64,000 nucleotides of DNA, from positions 3,038,001 to 3,102,000 of the forward strand of contig CM022667.1 of NCBI GenBank assembly GCA_012295275.1, given 5' to 3'. Position numbers and translations under genes: made by a program. Positions within the stretch are counted from its first letter, which is position 1. Each line of letters begins with the position of its first letter. The notes under the pieces are model-generated. The model made no database searches. It was given only the letters and a program-made list of their open reading frames with translations, and was not told where the DNA came from. The stretch comes from Chrysomallon squamiferum. Its lineage: Eukaryota; Animalia; Mollusca. Positions 1-11,673 of the stretch are shown in pieces.

Positions 1-173
1 TCAGAATAATAATAATAAAAAAAAACACAAAAAAAACACATTAATTCATTAAAAAAAAAAATTAAAAAATAATAAAAAAATTAACATAAGAATACCAAAA
101 TGTACCGGTTGTTCCATATTTTAAAAAAAAAAAAGAAAAAAAAAGGATCAAAGATATTTACAGTCACAGTCAT

Positions 174-405
174 TTAAACAGACGAATCTCGCACGGACTT
201 GGGCGGTTTAAGAAATCCAATCCGACGTAGATATCTGACAATAAAGGGTGTGGCAGTTAAGGTGATTCCAATTCGAACAGGGGCAAACACTTTGTGCACT
301 GCATAGGCTACTACAAAAGTACCAGCACCAGCCGCTAGTTTCGACTGGAGGAAAGTTTCGGCCACGCCCACTTTCTGCATCATTCCCACCACATCAATCC
401 CGCTG

Positions 406-436
<31 letters not shown>

Positions 437-2665
437 ATAATAATAATTACTTTTAAAAGCTAGAATAGAAAATATCAAATTAAAAACATTAAAAATCATT
501 AAAAAAAATTCGGTATCAATACAGCCACATATTACGCCCTAATTCGTTGGTGAATCATTTTAATTTGTGATAAATAAATATTTTATTAAAAATACACTTA
601 ATGCGATTTTTAATTTCAAATTTCGCGGCTTAGTATATTTTCGCGTCTGGTTATTTTTAACTTGGTACAGAATAATTATTTTAGTTTAACGCACTCAATG
701 TATTTATAGCTATAATACATCATATCCTTTAACAAAAAGCATCTTTTAATGCTTCCTTACTATAAGCAGTAAAAACAAACATACATGACAGTTATCTGTG
801 AAAAATAGAATCATGCATAACAATCTATCACTGTCAGACTTATGTTTGTTTTAGCATTAACGTTAAGTGACAAATGAAGGTCAAAACGTGTTACTATTAT
901 TATAAAGTTCAGCATCAGTGACAGAATAGTTTATTATAATACATAATAGTGTAAGTAGTAATGTCGACTGCTTCTCAACTTATGAAGACAAGTTACATTA
1001 GTTTACAAATGAAACTTACTACTGAAATTAATTACGGCTCTGATTTGAATTCCAAATAAATAATTATATATATATATATATATATAAGGATAATTATAAC
1101 AAAAAAAGGCCGATTTCAAAATTATTTTGTACACGTTTTTCAATTATACACATGCTTATTCACAAAAAGACTATTAAAAAAAAATAATAATAAAAAAAAA
1201 AAAATTGATAAAACAAATCAAATGATCATATCATGTAACACTGTCGCATAATATCATATTGCACGCCTAACGCACTATTTTCTAAGCTTATTATATAAGC
1301 ATAGCGGTATACATAGAGAGAGTTACGTAATAGCATGCAGGGACGACATATATTAACGTGCTTCTTTTTAAATATACAAGATTATGTTTTCCAGTTATGG
1401 AGACTAATATAAAGGTTAGTCTGCCCTTTAGCATGCAAATTAAAAACATCACGAAAATAACACATTATTCAGAACATTTGTTTTATCTAAAATCTATGCC
1501 TCGGATGTGTTTTTTAAATAGCGTAATCGACTATGATTCGCTATTATGTAATCGGAATATTGTGTTAGGTTTGAACCATCAGTCGTAACGATTGATGTCC
1601 GTGGCCGTGCGCATCTGTCATACATCAAATTACATGTGCTTAAGCTTGCTTTTTCGTGAGCCTGTGTGCATTACACACACACACACACGTATATGTTTTA
1701 TGTTTATGTTTGTGTATGTATATGCATATACATATGTACGTACACATACACATATACATACATACTTGCATACATAAAATTGTGTAAACAGTGTACGTAA
1801 TTATGTTTTTACAAACACAAATGCGGGTTAACAGCTCAGGAGGTCTGTAATTGAACTTTGCTCTAGTTCAGGCAGTTTACTGATGCAAGATCAACATTCT
1901 TCCAACACCTGTGTTTACATATACCGAGTGCATCTTTCAACACAGGGGCGAAATTTGATGACGACACTTAATACGCATGTCCATGACACAACTAGAGTAG
2001 AATATCGCAGAACTAAATATCCACCTGTCCTTGGCGTTCGGAAATGAGTAAAAGGTTCGTACAAAAGGTCGACTTCTGTTAACAATTTATTGCGTATGGC
2101 AGAAATGACGAGTTTAAAATGTTGAGAAATAAATCTACGCTGTAATGTTCGTCATTAATTTTGTCCAACGTTATGGGTTAATCCTAATACCAAAAAAAAA
2201 AAAAACAGGAATTAAAAGGTGATTTATTTGTATCTGACCGAATCCGCTGGATAATGTTTTTTTTTTTTTTTACGCTTTATAGTCACCATTCACCTTTCGA
2301 AATTCTAAAAATTAGGTATTCCCTCTCTCTCTTTATTAATATACCTTGGTAACAAAGCGATCGTAAAATGTTGAACAGTATGAACGCACGTTTAGTTCAG
2401 TTTTACGATCGATAGCACTGCGACAACAAATCATGAACGTGAACTGACCCCATTGATTGAGATTAGGATATGAATATTCATGAGCGAACTCGACTACATC
2501 ATACTAGAACGAGGTCAAACGTATTTCGACGACAGTAACTTGTTACGAGTTGTCTCGTAAACATGAAACAAACACCTTTGTTTGTTAAATAGAACGCGTA
2601 ACATAACGACATGGGAACCTATTTTCCGAATGTGGCATTTCTGTTTACAAATACACGTTTCAGCG

Positions 2666-2723
<58 letters not shown>

Positions 2724-5000
2724 CGCTGTAACGTGTATTTGTGTATGCTAACGTTTGCTTAAACTGAATTAGAAACTCTTCTATTATTTATTTATTTATT
2801 TTTTTTATATCTTTTTATTTGTAGTTACTCGAATCTTTATCGATGCCATAATTAATTTTTTTTTACATGTTTCTTAACAAAACTCCGTCTTTAAAATGTC
2901 TTTCTCTTTGTTAAACCGGGGTTCTCAGTGGAAATACTCGATTTATCAGTCACCAAAATCAAGTGTGACGTACGAGAAATGCATGACGAAGTATCGGAAA
3001 ACGGACAGCTGACAACCAATATCCCATAACTGGGTAGACGTGTAAACAAGTTAACAAAGACTGCTGACGTTAACAATGAATCTTTTGTTAATGCGTTTAT
3101 ATGTACTGGTATTTGTACACCAGATGTTATGTGGTTTTTTTTGCATAAAACAGTATATAAAAAATTATTTACGTTGAAAAAAATTATTAATGATTATAAA
3201 AATAATAATAATAGTATTAATAAAAACTAATAACAACGATCAAAAGGAAAACCAATGACACAAAATCTGAAATGTAAGTTAAAATAAAGGTTATCGAACG
3301 ATGAAATCTGAAATTAAAGGGTTAGTCTTTATAATACAGGTTGAGAATCCTTTATCCGTAATACTTGGGACCGGAAGAGTTTCAGATTTCGGAATATTTC
3401 GGATTTTGGAATATAGAGATGAGAATAAAAGACATTTCTAAATATGAACTCTTATTTGTTTTTCATATGCAGCTTACGCAGATAGTCGGCAGGATTTTGT
3501 TAAATAATACTTTTAATCATTTTGTGAATAAAAATGCTGTTTGCGTATGAAAACTCTAAGATATTATTATTTCTGCTGCTCGGAAAAAGGTTCGGTATTC
3601 GGATAAGGAATCCCCAGCCTGTACCTTCACCATACTGGCGTGTTAATTTATTATTATCAATTTTTTTTTTTTTTTTTTTTTCATTTCTTTTCTGAAATAA
3701 CTGAAATAAGCATGCGATATCAATTGTTAAGAGACATTATACCTCTTTTCTTTTCATCATGCGCCTTAACAAAAGTAACCAAATGATGTGACCATGACAG
3801 CCGTGCATGAACCATAGAACTATTTAGTTATATAAACAACTGAACGTGAAAATAATTTAAAAAAAATGGTGTTTGACGATGTGTAACATATTTTGAACCG
3901 AATGTACAAGGGAAAAAGAAAAGCTATTTTGATGACGTAACCATTTCCCTTATACTGACGATGACAGAATCTAGTTCAGTTGTTAAAGGCGATGATAAAA
4001 AACGCAACAAGCCGAAGTAACAGTCTCTAAATGAACTGACATTTAGGACATCCATGGCCATCCATGCACCATGCAGTTAAAACGTCAGTGAACTCAGACA
4101 CAACTCTGACATTTAGAGACAAACAAGAGTGAGACAGAGAGAAGCGTGCTGTTTAAGAGAACCAATACCTTGAGACGGCCACATAGAAACCTCCTAACGA
4201 CGCTAGGGACAAAGCCACATGAAAAACTATGACCGTCGCCCCATACTCTTTAACAGCTCGCTTCAGCTTCTGCGCTTGCGTGATTTGCGTGTTCAGTGTT
4301 TTTTCTGTTTCTGTCTCTTCAGTACGCACCTTTGGGTTTCTGTCAGCGGGCGCCTGGGCTCGGGCCGACGTCGAGAAGCTGGACTTGGGCTGGTAGTTCT
4401 GGACGACCTTCCTGATGAGCAGCTCGTGCTCGCTGAAGATCTCCTGCAGCGTCCTCTTGCCCTGCAGGCCCTGCAGCTCGTCCATGCACTCGACGAAGCC
4501 GAACTCGTGGCACTTCTCCAGCCACAGCTTGAAGCGGTCGCAGTCGTCGCCCTGGATGCCCTGCGTGCACGGCGAGTGGAAGTCGAGGGAGTAGTCGTCG
4601 TCGTCCACGCCCTTGATGTAGTGGCCTTCTTGGTCGGTGTGGTGGGCGACCGCCTCTTTGTACTTCTTGGCGATTTCGACGATGAGCTTCTCTTGCTCCT
4701 GCAGGACGTCCGACAGCGTCTTCCTCCCAGACTGGATCCCCTGCAGCTGCTCGTCGCAGTTCTCCACGCCGAACCTGCGACATCGTTCTATCCACATGAG
4801 GAACGTCGCGCAGTCGTCCCCCTGCACGCCCTGGGGGGACGGGCCAGCGCCTATTTCAGTGCGAGCCTGTGCGGCGATGCCGCGGGCTGGGACGAAGTTG
4901 AACACCGGGTTAGCTGCAAGAAAATCAATACGTGTGTGTAAATAAATAGTTTAAAAAAAACAAACAAGCGACTGAATGATGATGATGATAATAATAATAA

Positions 5001-5031
<31 letters not shown>

Positions 5032-5316
5032 AAAATATACATTACAAAAAACAAATACAAAAAAAAAAAAAAAAAGCTATTTGTGCAATCCTTTATTTAG
5101 CAATAAAACCTCTCTCACATAGAGAAATCTAGGCTGGTTTGAATGTCTACTACTTAGTCACTATGCTAAGATAAGAAAATAAACTGTCATGTCTGACTTA
5201 GTTAAAATAAGCTGAACTCAACCAACTGTAACACAGGTTGGTCCGAAGTAAGAAAATTATAGTTTTATGTTTAAAAGATAAATTTTAAAAACGTTAAAAA
5301 ATAATTTTTATTATTC

Positions 5317-5356
<40 letters not shown>

Positions 5357-5362
5357 GTTATG

Positions 5363-5395
<33 letters not shown>

Positions 5396-5588
5396 TCTAG
5401 AATATTTGAATGATTTTTTTCTTTCTTTCTTTTTTTTATGAACTGAAATTATTATTATTATTATTATTATTTATTCTCGTGAAATTATACAATGGAATAA
5501 AATACATTTTCTATATTTACTGGAACGTCTTACCGTTGACTAAAAATACGATGGTTTTTTTTTTGGTTGCCTTTTGTTTCTTTTTTAG

Positions 5589-5619
<31 letters not shown>

Positions 5620-6389
5620 CAATAACAATAATAAAGTCTTATACATTACAATTATGATGTTATTCATTTGTTTCACTAAAACGGGACATTTTAATTTTTA
5701 AACTTGTTGATTAAAAATGTCAACGCTGTGGAAATATTTAGTTATACATTCAATGAACCCGGAGGAAAAACGCTTGCAAAAAAAAAAAAAAAAAAAAAAA
5801 AAAATTACATATAAATTAAAATAAACAAGTAGTTGGTTACTGCAGACTGGAAACATAACTGAACACTGAATGTGACCCAAACAGTTAGTGAAGTGACACA
5901 TATACGAGGTCACTGACTTGTTTATCGGCTGTTGTTTTTAACTGGGTCACACTTTCAGCAATAAAACAAAAACACTGTTTTATCAGTATGACGTCGTTAA
6001 TCTAAAGCGCGACATGATGGCACCCCGTAAGTAACCAGCGATTAAGAGTGGGAAATGTTCTTTGTGGCAATTTCAAATTAAGGAAAAATGGGACACTCGG
6101 TGGTACGCATTTTAGCCTCTGGGTAAAACGGGGGGCAATAAACCGTATCGAAGTAATACCGGTACGAAATGCTTTGTTAGTTATTTTATTAACAGAGAAA
6201 AAAACCGGTGGCTAGGCAGGGTACATTATGGGTACATATGAACATACAGATTTGTTTTAGTATTGTTTTTCCCCCCTTTTTTTTTTTTTTTTTTTTGACA
6301 TTGATGAACAAGATGTTGCGTCCAGATACATTACTCGACACTCGGTATTTATTTAAATTATTACAAATAAAATAATTAATTGATTAAAA

Positions 6390-6420
<31 letters not shown>

Positions 6421-7030
6421 ATCATTGGTTATTTACTTCTTCTCTTCAGTTTAATTCTGTTCATTAATATTTCGAATTAGTTTATATTTAATCTGCTTTT
6501 TTGATTGTTGTTGGTTGGTTTACTGATTACTATTATTTTATAATCGTTATCACTTACTATGATAATCAAAATATGAAGGATCTACATATAAATATTTTAC
6601 AACTTATTATCAGTTTGATGGAATTATTTAAATATTAAATATGAACTCACAACTGCTTGAAAAATCTACTTAATAACCAATTATACTGTTTGACAATGAA
6701 ATATTTGCCAAAGTCAAACTGTATGGTTGGAAAAAAAAAAAATAAAGCATTACCTTGACCTTTCTGAAGAAGAAAGCCATCACGTACACTCGTCAATACT
6801 GTATATAGCGTCCGTCCGGCGTCAAAAAGAAAGACTGTTTTCAGCGGTCTGTTTTCAGATCCGAAGCAAACTCTGTTTTCTGCCACCACTTTCCGTCTGC
6901 TCGTTCCATTAATCTGTGAATTGTCCGAAAACCAGGCCACAGAACATTTTGTCAGATTTACTGACATTTGTGACCGCTGTGAAAGACATGTAATAAACTT
7001 GGATGTCGTACCGCAGATATGTCGTGCCAT
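174..7030 (-). CDS. FAM210B: FAM210B-like mitochondrial protein (DUF1279) with an extra N-terminal tandem Cys-rich domain; 3 exons, ~416 aa
   Basis: Exons 7030-6754 (CAAG|gtaatg, phase 1), 4913-4169 (cttgcag|...AG|gtattg, phase 2) and 402-174 join in frame (1251 nt). The C-terminus (KEYGATVIVFHVALSLASLGGFYVAVSSGIDVVGMMQKVG...SKLAAGAGTFVVAYAVHKVFAPVRIGITLTATPFIVRYLRRIGFLKPP) closely matches vertebrate FAM210B. Exon 1 starts with an R/S/T-rich, acid-poor stretch resembling a presequence. Alternative ATG at 7036. Confidence 0.9.
2647..2742. repeat. Near-perfect palindrome with a (TA)n centre
   Basis: acaaatacacgtttcagcgtaa-(ta)n-ttacgctgtaacgtgtatttgt; the arms are reverse complements with one mismatch. 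Lies in FAM210B intron 2. Confidence 0.85.
3337..3621 (+). mobile_element. Non-autonomous pogo/Tigger-like DNA transposon (MITE), resembling Tigger4/Zombi
   Basis: TA|CAGGTTGAGAATCCTTTATCCG...CGGATAAGGAATCCCCAGCCTG|TA: imperfect terminal inverted repeats with TA target duplication and internal TTTCGGA repeats. Family assignment is from my recollection of the Tigger4 consensus, not a search. Confidence 0.7.
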
Positions 7031-7123
7031 TATCATCGTGTACAGTTTTTCACATCTGTATGGTAACTCCTGTCTAACAAAAATAACGACAACGAAGGAT
7101 AAACAACTTGTCACACAAAGCGC

Positions 7124-7163
7124 GATTGATTAGCTAAACCAACCGGTGTCCGCTGCTTTTATA
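7124..7163 (-). promoter_or_regulatory. TATA box (TATAAAA, 7163-7157) with an Inr-like TCAATC about 30 bp downstream; FAM210B-like core promoter
   Basis: The minus strand reads gggTATAAAAgcagcggacaccggttggtttagctaaTCAATCgc, about 100-130 bp upstream of the ATG. Confidence 0.5.
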
Positions 7164-7978
7164 CCCTGGAGAAACATAACTCGTGCGTAACAAGTTCCCC
7201 GTAATATTTTGTTTCGTTTCCGTTTTAAATTGAAAGACGCCAGTGTACTTTAACCTTCTATCTTTCAAATTATTATTGTATTCAGGTCATATTTTGAATA
7301 TAGTAATAAAGAAAAATATAATTTATGATTTTGTTTATTTAGATACCTATCTAAACGTAATGTTCAATATTTTTGACAGTAATATAAAAAGGTTAGAATG
7401 TAATTAATTAAAAAACATATATTAATTTAAAATAACATTATTAGCAAATTTAAAAAAAAAAAAAAAAAATTGAAACAAAACACAGAATCATTTTTTCTAC
7501 AATGTAACGAAATTTACCAGGAAAAAAAAGTCTGTTAGGCAATAAAAGTATCAGACGATTTCAATATAGTGTGTAATAAATGTCACACGGTAAAGTTTTT
7601 GTTTACACCGACAGAAGTCATACTTAGGCCCAACCCTTCTGGGTAAGCAAAAGGTGGATTTCGTGACCGACGACACATCTTTGAATTAACAAGGAACTGG
7701 TTTTCCACATGCTGCCGGACACGTTGTCGCAAATACAGTCTAAAACTTATTCGAGATGTGCGTGCGTGAGTGTAGGCATAAACTATATGTTTTTCTTTTT
7801 GTCGCCTAGAAGAATAACCATAAAACCTTTTAAAATTACATCATCTACACCGGTTGCATACGTGTAGGACGGGTGAAATATATAGCTTTGAAGATTTGAG
7901 GAATTTCTGTATTTAACAATAATGGACTAAATAAAATAAATAAAGGAAATAAGTAAAACATATACAGACAATTTAAAA

Positions 7979-8026
<48 letters not shown>

Positions 8027-8049
8027 ATAAACTTTAATGGATTGTGAAA

Positions 8050-8270
8050 CAACAACAACAGCAACAATAATAAGTAATAACTGTAGTAATTATTATGATA
8101 AAATAATACAATAAAATAAACAATAAAAAACAACGTAAACTGGAACAAAGGTTTCATTCAGATAAGTAAACAGCCAAATAATAGACTCGAGCCACTTTGT
8201 GGGTAATACCTTCTCTTTCATAGTAAACAACCTGTTATTTGTAAATATTCGAGGCTATTAATGGACTACA

Positions 8271-8320
<50 letters not shown>

Positions 8321-8520
8321 GGAACAAGATCAGTACCAATAATAATAATAAAAGTAATAGCAGTTGTAGTTATTATTATAAAATAATAAAATAAAATAAA
8401 CAATAAGAAACAAAGCAAACTGGAACAAAAGCTTCAGGTATGTAAATAGCCAAACAATGGATTCGGGCCACCCGTGTGTGTAATGCCTTCTCTTTCAGGG
8501 TAAACAACCTGTTATTCTGT
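8050..8520. repeat. Diverged tandem duplication (~190-bp shared core, period ~280 bp) with (CAA)n between the copies
   Basis: Both copies share aaactggaacaaa...cagcc/tagccaaa...ccttctctttca..gtaaacaacctgttatt. Confidence 0.7.
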
Positions 8521-8764
8521 CTGTTGAAAGACTTGACAGAGAGTCTGCATGTCCGCGTGCACGTACTCACATAAACATGACCATGCGATAATAACAAAAT
8601 GCATTTAGCAAAGTCATCTGGTACACTTCAGGTAACGACAATGGAATTTAATAAAAAAAAATAACGTTATCGATGTAAGGAAGACTACAACAGTCATGAA
8701 ACAATTAAGTAAATAAACTGGAAAATAAGCACTCGTTTGGTGTTTCGGAATACTTCAGGGACTT

Positions 8765-8809
<45 letters not shown>

Positions 8810-9562
8810 TAATAATTAATAATAAATAAATAAATAGATAAATAAATAAAAATAAAATAAAATAAAATTAAAATAAAATAAATCCAGAAACATATTTTTA
8901 AAAATAAAATAAAATTTTAAAAAATCCCCTATTACACCCGTATCCAATCAAATACACTCCCACACACAACCCACCCTAATCCACATTTATAACTATGTAC
9001 CCATTAAACAGTTATTAAAATAACGCTTATACACACTTCCATACATAAAATAGATATTAGTAAAACACTCCCATAAACACGTCACCCATGATTACATAGG
9101 TAAACACACACACACAAACAGTACTCCACCCAGCGTTACACATCCTCCTACCCCCAGAACACTTGCGTAAGAGAAACAGTATAGGTTATTTTAGAGGTAC
9201 GGTGAACCGTACCAACGGCTTTTATTACACGTTTTGTCAACCGAGCCTAGTAATAGAGCGGGGTTAGACATATAAACAAGGATTAAGTAGGTAAGGTGGC
9301 AACCGGGAGCTTTCGAGTCAAAATAACGATGAGCTCAGATTAATTCCGAGTAAAGTAAACTGATTGGCCTGTTGCTTATGTGGTGAAAGGTTGTCGTCTG
9401 CGGGTTCAATTCACCGCGAAGGAACCCGCATCATTTTGTACGAATTTTAATCAGTGTGTAGTAAAAGTTGTTGTCTGCGTGGAAATAAATAATAATTTAA
9501 TTTAAAGCTAAACTTTTTTTAAAATTATTTTGTTTTAATTAATTTCTTTTTTAATTTCTAAA

Positions 9563-9593
<31 letters not shown>

Positions 9594-10136
9594 TTTTTTT
9601 TAATATTTTAAAAAAATAAATTATTGTAAAAAATTCATTAAATAAAAAATAATTAGCAAAATGAAAAGGGTGTGTTGGGGGAAGATAAAAGAAAAAGATA
9701 AAAAAAAAAAAAAGAGCTGAATTCTCGAACATCGATTTTATTTAGAAAACGACTGATATGAACAATAAAATAAATATTAATATAAAAAAGCATAATGTAA
9801 TGAAAAATAATATTGCTGGAAAGATTAAAATAACTATATATATATATATAAAGTATTATAAAATAAAATATGTAAAAAAAGTAAATTAATAAAATAGCAA
9901 TAAAATAAATACCCTCAGGCTACTAGATCATAGTCATTATCGTAATGATAATTATTATCATCATCATCAGCAGCAAATATTGGATTTATAAACACAATAC
10001 TACTATTATAATATTTTGTTGTTTTTTCTTTTATTGATTATCTGCATGAAAATAAATATTAAAAAAAAAAAAAAAAATGCTCAACAATGATTACTTTTTA
10101 ATAAATTGATTTCTGTTCTGCAAGTTTCTTTGAAGA

Positions 10137-10212
<76 letters not shown>

Positions 10213-10625
10213 CATCACAAGTTACATTATTATATATAATCAAAAATGTGGAAGATGTTTGGTCTTTTTCAAAAGAACTAATTCAAAAATAACATCATCA
10301 GGTTTCCGTCATTTTACTGCTGCAACATGGGAATATTTTCAAAACCTACACACACAAACACACGGACACACAGAAAGGTCACAAAGATAGCTCCCAAGAT
10401 GTTAATGCCAAAGCAAAGAATGTTTTCGCGAGCACTCTATATTTCAAGACATCCTTCAGGCATAGAAATATAAATATATACATGTATACTCCTTAGCAAC
10501 CAGAAAGCGATGTGTTATTCCGGCCTGAAGGTGTTAACTTTAAACACACGCGAATAATCAAATTTTACCATCATTTGTTCTAAAAATAGATCTTGTAGAA
10601 AATATAATTTTTCATAAATGATTCC

Positions 10626-11673
10626 TCATGCTTTCTTTGATTCATCGTCTTCGGCTATCAGAGATTTAATAAGCTCTTCGTGTTTGTTGTAAATTTCTTG
10701 CACCGAATTTTCTCCTATGCGGATGCCGTTTAACCTATCAATGCACTTCCAGAAACCAAACTGGTGACAACGTTGCAGCCACAACTTAAACTGCGAGCAG
10801 TCGTCTCCCTGAATTCCTTGCGGGCAAAGAGTATCCAGCTGATAAACGAAATCAGTGTCATCTTCTTTGTTTTGATTTTTTAACGCCTCGGTCTTCTGTA
10901 TTATTTTGCGAATAAACTCCTCTTGCTCCTCGAGAACCTGACCCAGCGTTTTTCGTCCAGACTTGATGGCTTCCAACTGTTCATCGCAGTCCACTGCGCC
11001 GTACTTTCGGCATCTGCCGATCCATACTAGGAAGGATGCACAGTCGTCTCCTTGGATACCCTGAACTGATGGCTCCAGTCCTGTTTTAGCAGAGGACGAT
11101 GATAAACACGTCCCAGAAGACACAAAATTCCTATTGGAGTTACCTGTTCGTAATCAAATTGTTACAAAACTTTTAATACAGTGTTTATGTATGCGAGTGG
11201 GTTTGTGGGTGTATGTGTGCGCGTGCGCTTATGCTCATAGCTTATAACTATTTTGGCTGTGCACGGGAGTGCTGAATTAATTACAGATTTGGTGCAACAG
11301 CAAATATCATGCCTTAGAATGTAAAAGATCGGATGCGTGGAGTTTACCATTTTAAATCTTTTCCTTTATTAATTATCCTAATTATTTTGGAAGCCAATGA
11401 AATGTTGAAAAACGTGCATAATTTTAGTGCAGGAGTGAACAAGACGACAATACCTGGACTTGTTGGCAAACAGTTTCCATCTATCTCTCTTGTCAGTGGC
11501 GTTGGTGAAGATTCTCCAGAATAAAGAGACGAAGCGGGCGATTCACTTTCGTTAATACCAACATGCAATTCATCACTAGCTGTAATCGGAAAGCCTAACG
11601 AGGACGACGAGTATTTATTACGACATGAACGTTTCAGAAGGCACGTAACAAGCCTGGTGGCTGTTCGCGACAT
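10626..11673 (-). CDS. Uncharacterised 245-aa protein: putative mitochondrial presequence plus two tandem QGIQGDDC-x9-C-x7-C repeats; paralogue of the N-terminal half of the FAM210B-like gene
   Basis: Exon 1 11673-11454 (CCAG|gtattg, phase 1) and exon 2 11143-10626 (gaacag|GT) total 738 nt in frame. Exon 2 aligns without gaps to FAM210B-like exon 2 from the splice acceptor (GNSNRNFV...PSVQGIQGDDC vs ANPVFNFV...PSPQGVQGDDC). The N-terminus TATRLVTCLLKRS resembles TTSKFITCLSQRS. Confidence 0.8.

Noticed and set aside
722-730. ATATCCTTT U12 AT-AC donor-like motif (also at ~36287)
   Set aside because: On the wrong strand for FAM210B or intergenic; no adjoining exon.
4219-4945. Overlapping ORFs 4219-4941(+), 4343-4795(-) and 4637-4945(+)
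   Set aside because: Shadow ORFs of the GC3-rich FAM210B exon; no recognisable protein, and the paralogous exon has no equivalent long antisense ORF.
9365-9430. tRNA/SINE-like segment with GGTTCAATTC (B-box-like)
   Set aside because: No convincing A box, cloverleaf or second copy in the window.
11344-11453. Extension of the paralogue's exon 1 to the ORF stop or to the donor at 11347
   Set aside because: That donor is phase 2 and incompatible with the phase-1 acceptor at 11143; the donor at 11453 gives an open frame and matches the FAM210B-like intron phase.
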